DNA of 64,000 nucleotides, from NCBI GenBank assembly GCA_036152255.1, contig JAYZNI010000001.1:802-64801 (forward strand). The letters run 5' to 3'. A model generated the notes under the pieces. It did not search any database. It saw only the letters and a list, made by a program, of their open reading frames with translations, and had not been told where the DNA came from. Positions 46,761 to 54,161 of this stretch are shown here, piece by piece. How positions within the stretch are numbered: position 1 is the stretch's first letter; each line of letters begins with the position of its first letter. Made by a program: the position numbers and the translations under genes. The stretch is from Bacteroidota bacterium. GTDB lineage: Bacteria; Bacteroidota; Bacteroidia; Flavobacteriales_D; Sanyastnellaceae.

Positions 46761-47750
46761 TTACTTTTCAGCTGATTTAATGCTATCTAGGATAAGTAGT
46801 GATATCAGTGTGAACGCTAAAGTTGACAGTACACTTACAACTACTATTAACCATCTAACTGGTTTGGATTTTTTGTCTGCTGCTTCAGCTAAGTCGACAA
46901 CTAAGCTAGAAGGAAGGTGTGTGTCAGCATCAACTTTCAAAAGGTCTAATCTCTTTTTGAGAATTGCTAATTGCTCATAAGCTGGCTCCAAGAAATTGGC
47001 TAATTCGTTGTACTCATTTGCAAGTTTAGAGATTCTGTCAAGATCGTTTTGGATCGTTCTCGCTCCCTTCATATTGTTGTTAGCTACAGCAGTTCCATAT
47101 TGCACTGTAAGGCCTTCAACTTGGGCTTCGAAATCGTAAATCCCTTGAGAGTGAAGTTCGCCCAGCTTGTCCTCTGCACTTTGGATTTCATTTAACGCCT
47201 TTTCATATGACTGCTTTGCTAGTTCATACGCAAGTTGCGCTCTTTCATTTCTCAATTTATTTGCTAGACTGTCAGTGAGCTCAACTAAATCATTTGCTAT
47301 CTCTTTTGCTAATTGAGGGTCAGTATCTAATACTGCAATTCTTATTGAGCCATACCTAGTTAGAGAGGCACTTACATTGCTATTGTATTCTCTTTGTAAA
47401 AGTGTCCTACCTCCAGATTGATTAACATCAATGTCGTAGTGTTCAGCAAGTTTATGTGTTTCGATAATCTTACCTCTAACAAGACTTGAGTTTAGCAGTT
47501 GTAATAACCTCTCAGCATCTTCAGTTTCACCGTAAGATAGGATGTCGCCAGAATTTGTTTCTTCGAAAAATTGTTGGCCTATTGAGCTTTGAGTTGTTGC
47601 GAACATCACTACGCTAGATTGGAATTTTTCTTCCATAAGTAACGCAACTGCTGATGAGATAACAGCTGATGCAAATCCAACAATGATGAAAATTCTCAGT
47701 CTTTTATAGACAAAAAGTATAAGATGAGAGGAGTCTAAATTTGACTTCAT
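46761..47750 (-). CDS. Wzz/PCP-like polysaccharide chain-length determinant family protein
   Basis: TM at both termini with a long coiled-coil periplasmic middle (LRNERAQLAYELAKQSYEKALNEIQSAEDKL). 2-nt gap to the downstream ligase-like gene. Confidence 0.65.
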   Translation of the reverse strand: MKSNLDSSHLILFVYKRLRIFIIVGFASAVISSAVALLMEEKFQSSVVMFATTQSSIGQQFFEETNSGDILSYGETEDAERLLQLLNSSLVRGKIIETHKLAEHYDIDVNQSGGRTLLQREYNSNVSASLTRYGSIRIAVLDTDPQLAKEIANDLVELTDSLANKLRNERAQLAYELAKQSYEKALNEIQSAEDKLGELHSQGIYDFEAQVEGLTVQYGTAVANNNMKGARTIQNDLDRISKLANEYNELANFLEPAYEQLAILKKRLDLLKVDADTHLPSSLVVDLAEAADKKSKPVRWLIVVVSVLSTLAFTLISLLILDSIKSAEK

Positions 47751-47791
47751 AAGGTTAAAGTAGATTAGTTAACTACAGGCGAGCAAAGTTA

Positions 47792-47799
47792 TAACTTTG
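47792..47799 (+). promoter_or_regulatory. Candidate -7 box (TAACTTTG) only 5 nt upstream of the GT4 ATG
   Basis: Exact TAnnTTTG match at 47792-47799; ATG at 47805. Confidence 0.3.
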
Positions 47800-47804
47800 A
47801 ACCC

Positions 47805-48911
47805 ATGTCTCGTATTGCATTAAACGCACGATTATTAATACCTGGAAAATTAGAAGGAACGGGTAAATTCACTCATCAGTGTTATAAGAGACTAATTTCT
47901 TCAAGACAGGAAGATAAATTTCTACTCATTTTTGATAGGAAACCACCTGAGGAATTTTGCTACGGTGAAAATGTCGAGACTGTTCGTCTAATGCCTCCTG
48001 CTCGTAGGCCTTGGCTTTTTGATATCTGGTTTGATTACGCAATTACAAGGAAGCTAAAAAAGTGGAATGCAGATTTGTTTGTTTCAACAGATGGATATAT
48101 TTCAAGAAGAACGTCAGTTCCTCAACTAAACGTAATACACGATATAAATTTTGAGCACAATCCTCAGTGGCTGCCACCTAGATATGCTAGGCACTTTAGA
48201 AAGAGGTTTCCTGAGTATGCACGTTTAGCAACTAAACTTTGCACTGTCTCTAATTACAGTAAGGCAGATATTTCAAAATGCTATGGTGTTGCAGAAGAAG
48301 GAATTACTGTAATACCAAATGCGCCTGATTCAATGTTTACACAAATTGATGAAAGGTCAAAAGAATTTGCAAGAGGTCAATTCTGTGAAGGGAAACCGTA
48401 TATAGTTTTTGTTGGTTCACTTCACCCTAGAAAAAATATCAAAGGAATTTTAAATGCTTTTCAAGAGTATAGAAAGCAAGGTGGTTCATCAGAATTATTG
48501 ATGGTAGGCGTTTCTATGTGGAGTGATGAAAAGAGGGAGGCTCCAGGTGTACATTATGCTGGTAGGCTAAACGATGATGCTCTTGCACATGCAGTTGCTG
48601 GAGCAGAAGCAATGCTATATCTACCTTTTTTTGAAGGGTTTGGAGTGCCCATAGTTGAAGCAATGGCTTGTGGCGTTCCTGTTGTAGCTAGTCATTGCAC
48701 ATCAGTTCCTGAAGTTTGTGGAGATGCCGCAGCTGCTTTGGTTGATCCAAATGATTTTGAAGGAGCAGCAAAAGTTTTATTGAAATTAGAGGGAGATTGT
48801 GATTTTAGACAACAGGTAATACAATCTGGCTTAATGCGCTCGAAAGACTATTCTTGGGATAGAAGCGCAGAAATTTTTTCGAAAGAAATAGACAAATTAC
48901 TCAATGCCTAA
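47805..48911 (+). CDS. Family 4 (GT-B) glycosyltransferase
   Basis: C-terminal GT1/GT4 signature: YIVFVGSLHPRKN...LYLPFFEGFGVPIVEAMACGVPVVAS. Confidence 0.85.
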   Translation: MSRIALNARLLIPGKLEGTGKFTHQCYKRLISSRQEDKFLLIFDRKPPEEFCYGENVETVRLMPPARRPWLFDIWFDYAITRKLKKWNADLFVSTDGYISRRTSVPQLNVIHDINFEHNPQWLPPRYARHFRKRFPEYARLATKLCTVSNYSKADISKCYGVAEEGITVIPNAPDSMFTQIDERSKEFARGQFCEGKPYIVFVGSLHPRKNIKGILNAFQEYRKQGGSSELLMVGVSMWSDEKREAPGVHYAGRLNDDALAHAVAGAEAMLYLPFFEGFGVPIVEAMACGVPVVASHCTSVPEVCGDAAAALVDPNDFEGAAKVLLKLEGDCDFRQQVIQSGLMRSKDYSWDRSAEIFSKEIDKLLNA

Positions 48912-49491
48912 TCTGTTACCATTTTTAGAAAAAGGTAGGGTAGAAGCTGGTTGTGATGAAGCAGGAAGAGGATGTCTAGCCGGGCCTGTTGTGGCAGCAG
49001 CAGTAATTCTAGATGAGCAAACTGCTTTGGAATTGAATTTGGACGACAGTAAAAAGTTATCTGAAAAAAAGAGGGAAGCTTTGAGAATTCTTATCGAAGA
49101 AAAAGCTCTTGCTTGGGCTGTTTCTTTCGTGCCAAACGAAAAGATAGATGAGATTAATATTCTTCAAGCTTCTTTTTTGGCAATGAGGCAATCTGTTGAA
49201 CAACTGTTCATAAGGCCTGAACATATTTTAATCGATGGAAACAGATTTGTTTCTTCTGAAAAAATGCCACCACATACATGCGTCATAAAGGGTGATGGAA
49301 AGTATAGTTCGATTGCTGCTGCAAGCATATTAGCAAAGACCCATAGAGATGAGTTTATGAAAAGGGTCGCATTAGAATTTCCAGGGTATGGATGGGAGAA
49401 AAATGCTGGATATCCAACAGCAAAACACAAAGATGCGGTTAAGTCATTGGGCACGACGAACTTACACAGATTGTCGTTCAAGCTTGATTAA
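48904..49491 (+). CDS. rnhB: Ribonuclease HII
   Basis: GCDEAGRGCLAGPVVAAAV, DSKKLS, SIAAASILAK, GYP motifs. Overlaps the GT4 3' end by 8 nt. Confidence 0.93.
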   Translation: MPNLLPFLEKGRVEAGCDEAGRGCLAGPVVAAAVILDEQTALELNLDDSKKLSEKKREALRILIEEKALAWAVSFVPNEKIDEINILQASFLAMRQSVEQLFIRPEHILIDGNRFVSSEKMPPHTCVIKGDGKYSSIAAASILAKTHRDEFMKRVALEFPGYGWEKNAGYPTAKHKDAVKSLGTTNLHRLSFKLD

Positions 49492-49567
49492 TCATAGCTG
49501 AATAGTCATATCGTTTGTTTTGAACGCTTTCGAAGTGTAGATTTACGAGAGTATAATCAAAACTACC

Positions 49568-52500
49568 ATGTATCGTTTAACCCTTACCCTATTATCTGCT
49601 CTTTTTGCGGCTGTAAATATTAGCCAAGCGCAGTGTACTCTCTTCTTTTCTGAATACGCAGAAGGAAGTTCAAACAACAAATATTTAGAGATTTACAACC
49701 CCACAAATATGGAGGTTGACCTCAGTGGATATGCATTCCCAAGTGTAAGTAATGCTCCATCAGTTCCAGGCGAATATGAATATTGGAACACATTTGATGA
49801 AGGTGCAACAATTGCACCAGGTGGATTCTATGTAATTGCTCATGGATCTGCTGACCCAGCAATTCTTGCTTTTGCAAACCAAACTCACACTTACTTAAGT
49901 AATGGTGATGACGGGTACATGTTAGTTCAAGGAACAGAAGATGCTTATGTTCAAGTTGATGCAATTGGGGATTGGAATGGCGATCCAGGATCTGGATGGG
50001 ATGTAGCAGGTGTTGCAGCAGCAACAAAAGATCATACTCTTGTTAGAAAGTCAACAGTTACTCAAGGTAACGGCGGTGACTGGACTACTTCTGCAGGAAC
50101 GAATGAAGAAGATTCTGAGTGGATTGTTCACCCACAAAATACTTGGAACGACTTAGGGTCTCACACATTTACTGGAAACTGTGGAGCAGCTGTAGAGGGT
50201 TGTACAAACCCTAACGCAACTAACTATGATGCAAGCGCTACGTCAGATGACGGATCTTGTTTATTCGATAACGCATGTAATGTTGATGCAATCGAAGTAG
50301 AAGCATTCAATTATGGATTTGAACCATCAGACTTAACAGTTGAAGTAGGTGCTCAAGTTACTTGGACAAACATTGGTGGTAACCACGACGTGAATTTTGA
50401 CATTAGCGCGATTACTGGTGAATCATTTGGCAACCCAGAGGCATTTTACCTTCCAATGGTAACAGGAGATGCTTCAGGAGTTTGCATTGGATCTATCACA
50501 TTCGATACTCCTGGTGTATACTCATACGACTGTTCAATTGGAAATCACGCTGCTAATGGCATGGTAGGAACGATTACAGTTGGTACTGGTGGATGTACTG
50601 AAGCAGGAGCTCCTAACTTCAATGAGGATGCAGATTGGGATGACGGCTCTTGTCAGCAATCACAATTCACTTCGATTTACGATATCCAAGTTGGACAAGA
50701 AACGGGTGCTTACACTGATCAGGTAGTAAATACTTCAGGTATTGTTACAGGTGTATATGGATCGTCAGTTTCAGTACAGGATGGAACTGGACCATATTCT
50801 GGAATTTGGATGTACGGTTCAGATGTAAACGTACAAGTAGGGGATGAAATTAGTATTACTGCAACAGTAGGGGAGTACTACGACCTTACTCAACTTTCTT
50901 CTCCAGCAGTAAGCATTGTAAGCCAAGGCAATGACTTGCCTGCAGCTGAGGTTCTTGGCTCTGCTGCTGTATCTGAAGAGCAGTGGGAGGGTGTGCTTGT
51001 CCATACAAGCGGTACAGTAGATAATGACGCACTTGGTTTTGGCGAGTGGTCTGTAGACGATGGAAGTGGTTCAGTTAGAATCGACGATAAGGGTTATGAC
51101 GCTTTAGGTTCAGGACTTGTTTCAATAGGATTGACATTCGACGTAGTTGGTGCTCTTGATTACTCATATGGTAACTTCAAGGTTCAACCTCGTACTTCTG
51201 ATGATGTTATGCTACACGGTTGTACAAACAACACAGCAGACAACTACAATTCTGACGCATCTATCGAAGATGGCTCTTGTCAATTCTCTGGAGCTGAGTG
51301 TACAGTTTTCATTTCAGAAATTGCAGAAGGAAGCTCTAACAACAAATACTTAGAGTTATACAACCCAACTGGATCAACAGTATTCCTAAGCCAATACACA
51401 CTTGCAAATTGTAGTAACGGTTGTGATAATCCTGACGCACTTTACTTAGGAGATCAATTCGATTACTGGACTTTCTCATTCCCAATTGATGCAACTATCG
51501 AGCCTAACGGAACATACGTTGTTGCTCATCCAAGCGCAGACCAAACCATCTTAGATGTAGCTGATATGACTTACTACTACCTAAGTAACGGTGATGACAC
51601 ATACGGTCTTGTAGAATTTGTTGGACAGGATTCAGTCCTAGTTGACGTTGTTGGTGAGATTGGACCAGACCCTGGATCAGGATTCACAGTTTCTGGTGTA
51701 ACAAACGCAACCCAAAACGGAACACTAATCAGAAAGCCAACAGTTAATGCTGGTAACGGTGGTGAGTGGGCAGGTTCAGCAGGAACTGATTCATTCGACG
51801 GTGAGTGGTTGATTTACGAATCAGACTACTGGGCAGATATTGCTATCCACACTTTCACTGGAGGATGTTCTGCTAGCACTGCAGGTTGTACTGACCCAGG
51901 TGCTATAAATTATGATGAAAATGCTACTGAGGATGATGGATCATGTCTATACATTCCTAACCTAACAGTCCAAGAAATCCACGCTGGCCCAGTTTCTGGC
52001 CAAGTAATTACTCATGGTATTGTTACAGCAGTATTCGAGCCATCATTTGCTCTAGCAAACAACCCATCATTCGTAATCCAAAACGGAACAGGAGCTTATT
52101 CAGCAATCTGGTGTATTGGTGATGGAGTTGCTGTTGGAGACCTTGTAGACGTAGCAGGTAACGTAAGTGAAGTTTACGGACTACGCCAAATCCTTGGAGC
52201 TACTCCTACACTAATTTCTTCAGGTAACGACCTTCCAGCAGCCGAGCTTCTTGGAACTGCTGCTATCAATGATGAGCAGTGGGAGAGCGTTCTCCTTCAA
52301 ATGCTTGCTCCTGTATCAAATGCAGACGCAGGATACGGAGAGTGGCTTATGGATGATGGCTCAGGCGCTGGTGCTGTAGACGACTTCGCATACGACGCTG
52401 TAGGTGATAGCGTTGAAATAGATGGCGTTTTGGTTCCAGTTGTTGAAGAAGGTGTTACTTATAGAGTTACAGGTCCAAACTTCTATGCATACGGCGCATG

Positions 52501-53590
52501 GAAACTCGCTCCAAGAGATTCTTCAGATGTTGTAAGGCTCGGATGTATGAACTCTGAATTCCCTAACTACGATCCACTAGCTGCTGAAGATGACGGCTCT
52601 TGTGCAAACGTAGAAGGGTGTACTGACCCAACAGCAGATAACTACGATCCTGCTGCTACTGTTGATGACGGTTCATGTATGATTACTGGTTGTACGGACA
52701 CTGATGCACTCAACTACAACCCAAATACAACTAACGAAGACAACTCAACTTGTTACTACACATTGCCTTCTATAATCATTAATGAGATTCACTACAACCC
52801 ATGTTCAAACCAGGGTGATGACTTCGAATGGGAGTTCTGTGAGCTTCTAAACCTTGGAGACCTTCCAGCTGATATCAGCGGATTCAACTTCATTAACGGA
52901 GCATCTGGTGAGGACCAAGTTGGACTAGTATTCCCAGAGGGAACTACAATGGGACCAGGAGAATTCATTGTAATTACAGTTGCTGGGGGCCTAGGAACGC
53001 CAAACTACGAAGGCAACGGCTACCAAGTATTCACAATGGAGATAGGTAACTTCTCTAACTCAGGTGAATCAGTAGGTATACAAGATGCTTGGGGTAACGT
53101 AATTGATCAAGTTGAATACTCTGACGAGGGCGCTTGGCCTGCAGATGGCTTCGGCATCCTTGGTTCAGTTCTTATCGCAAGTCCTGATGGAGGTTGTGCA
53201 TCACTTGAGTACATCCCAGAAATCCTTGTTGAATACTTAGCTGGTGTTCCAGGTATGGATAACGAGTTTGGATCAAACTGGCAAGCATCTTGGGTTGATG
53301 GCGGTACTCCGGGAGCACCAAACTCTTCTGCATTCGGTTGTAACGACGCTACAGCGTGTAACTACAATCCAACAGCTTACTTAGCAAATAATGATGTGTG
53401 TGATTACGACTGTTATGGTTGTACTTACCCAACAGCAGAGAACTTCAATAGTGGAGCGTCATTTGACGATGGTACATGTGAATTCAGCATTGCTGAAAAC
53501 GATTGTCCATCAGATATCAATGGTGATGGTACAGTTTCAACTGGTGACCTTTTACTATTCTTATCAGCATTCGGCGAGATCTGCGATTAA
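49568..53590 (+). CDS. 1340-aa secreted multidomain protein: 3 lamin-tail domains, 2 ExeM/NucH-type OB-like modules, 1 cupredoxin, 9 Cys-bounded modules, dockerin-like C-terminus
   Basis: Signal peptide MYRLTLTLLSALFAAVNISQA|Q. LTD-like: FSEYAEGSSNNKYLEIYNPT (aa 23-200), ISEIAEGSSNNKYLELYNPT (aa 578-765), INEIHYNP...NSGESVGIQDAWGNVIDQVEYSD (aa 1066-1250). OB-like: IYDIQVGQETG...VGEYYDLTQL (aa 366-548), with a second copy at aa 797-990. Cupredoxin at aa 237-339 with H273/C322/H327/M332. C-terminal DINGDGTVSTGDLLLFLSAFG. Confidence 0.85.
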   Translation: MYRLTLTLLSALFAAVNISQAQCTLFFSEYAEGSSNNKYLEIYNPTNMEVDLSGYAFPSVSNAPSVPGEYEYWNTFDEGATIAPGGFYVIAHGSADPAILAFANQTHTYLSNGDDGYMLVQGTEDAYVQVDAIGDWNGDPGSGWDVAGVAAATKDHTLVRKSTVTQGNGGDWTTSAGTNEEDSEWIVHPQNTWNDLGSHTFTGNCGAAVEGCTNPNATNYDASATSDDGSCLFDNACNVDAIEVEAFNYGFEPSDLTVEVGAQVTWTNIGGNHDVNFDISAITGESFGNPEAFYLPMVTGDASGVCIGSITFDTPGVYSYDCSIGNHAANGMVGTITVGTGGCTEAGAPNFNEDADWDDGSCQQSQFTSIYDIQVGQETGAYTDQVVNTSGIVTGVYGSSVSVQDGTGPYSGIWMYGSDVNVQVGDEISITATVGEYYDLTQLSSPAVSIVSQGNDLPAAEVLGSAAVSEEQWEGVLVHTSGTVDNDALGFGEWSVDDGSGSVRIDDKGYDALGSGLVSIGLTFDVVGALDYSYGNFKVQPRTSDDVMLHGCTNNTADNYNSDASIEDGSCQFSGAECTVFISEIAEGSSNNKYLELYNPTGSTVFLSQYTLANCSNGCDNPDALYLGDQFDYWTFSFPIDATIEPNGTYVVAHPSADQTILDVADMTYYYLSNGDDTYGLVEFVGQDSVLVDVVGEIGPDPGSGFTVSGVTNATQNGTLIRKPTVNAGNGGEWAGSAGTDSFDGEWLIYESDYWADIAIHTFTGGCSASTAGCTDPGAINYDENATEDDGSCLYIPNLTVQEIHAGPVSGQVITHGIVTAVFEPSFALANNPSFVIQNGTGAYSAIWCIGDGVAVGDLVDVAGNVSEVYGLRQILGATPTLISSGNDLPAAELLGTAAINDEQWESVLLQMLAPVSNADAGYGEWLMDDGSGAGAVDDFAYDAVGDSVEIDGVLVPVVEEGVTYRVTGPNFYAYGAWKLAPRDSSDVVRLGCMNSEFPNYDPLAAEDDGSCANVEGCTDPTADNYDPAATVDDGSCMITGCTDTDALNYNPNTTNEDNSTCYYTLPSIIINEIHYNPCSNQGDDFEWEFCELLNLGDLPADISGFNFINGASGEDQVGLVFPEGTTMGPGEFIVITVAGGLGTPNYEGNGYQVFTMEIGNFSNSGESVGIQDAWGNVIDQVEYSDEGAWPADGFGILGSVLIASPDGGCASLEYIPEILVEYLAGVPGMDNEFGSNWQASWVDGGTPGAPNSSAFGCNDATACNYNPTAYLANNDVCDYDCYGCTYPTAENFNSGASFDDGTCEFSIAENDCPSDINGDGTVSTGDLLLFLSAFGEICD
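52541..52753 (+). repeat. Three tandem copies of the ~20-aa Cys-bounded module (coding repeat inside the 1340-aa gene)
   Basis: GCMNSEFPNYDPLAAEDDGSC / GCTDPTADNYDPAATVDDGSC / GCTDTDALNYNPNTTNEDNSTC. Six further single or paired copies occur elsewhere in the gene. Confidence 0.8.
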
Positions 53591-53610
53591 GATTTCTAAT
53601 CACAAAAAAA

Positions 53611-53635
53611 GGCACTCCTTAGGGGTGCCTTTTTT
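53611..53635. terminator. Bidirectional intrinsic terminator between convergent genes
   Basis: GGCACTCC-TTA-GGGGTGCC (8-bp stem including one G-U pair), flanked by AAAAAAA upstream and TTTTTT downstream. Confidence 0.8.
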
Positions 53636-54128
53636 ATTTCACTAAAACTTGGGTAGTGTCTGAGTTAGACACATTCAATGACCTGTCCTCAATAGAAAGC
53701 CTAAACCTCAGAGTATCGTACGAACTTTGTAAATGCCAAGTATTCATATCAATTTCAACCACGCCATTTATCGCTTGGTTTGTCCCCGTAGGATTCGCTC
53801 TTGGAACTCTGTAATAAAATGGAACCTGTCCCTCATCAGGGTTTAATTCAATATGAGTCCAAATTCCGTCCCTCAACTCGTCGTACTCACACTTCAAGTT
53901 ATAATAATGCTCGCAACCAAAACAAAAAGGAGGCTCAATATCATCTGGGTTCAATCCCAAATCCCCATCACCGTCTGTTACATTAAAACTTAAAACTGCA
54001 CTTCCGTTATCATCTACAACAAATGACATGTATTCGATTTGGGGTTCGTCTGGATAGCTGACATCCTCAAGACATCCAGTTAATGCGATAACTATTACTG
54101 CAGGTCGAATAATTTTGGCCCAAATCAT
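53634..54128 (-). CDS. Hypothetical lipoprotein (164 aa)
   Basis: MIWAKIIRPAVIVIALTGC lipobox. Start trimmed from 54173, which would overlap the divergent gene. Contains a CFGCEHYYNLKC Cys cluster. No recognised domain. Confidence 0.55.
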   Translation of the reverse strand: MIWAKIIRPAVIVIALTGCLEDVSYPDEPQIEYMSFVVDDNGSAVLSFNVTDGDGDLGLNPDDIEPPFCFGCEHYYNLKCEYDELRDGIWTHIELNPDEGQVPFYYRVPRANPTGTNQAINGVVEIDMNTWHLQSSYDTLRFRLSIEDRSLNVSNSDTTQVLVK

Positions 54129-54161
54129 AAATCCAAAGCTAGCACTTACGAACTTAGCCCC

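Noticed and set aside
53391-53645. 84-aa alternative-frame ORF at the 3' end of the 1340-aa gene, plus the antisense ORFs at 49722-50027 and 50819-51004 and the +3-frame ORF at 51147-51353
   Set aside because: They are embedded in a gene whose main frame shows coherent domain structure throughout. Their translations are His/Leu/Gln- or Thr/Val-rich low complexity.
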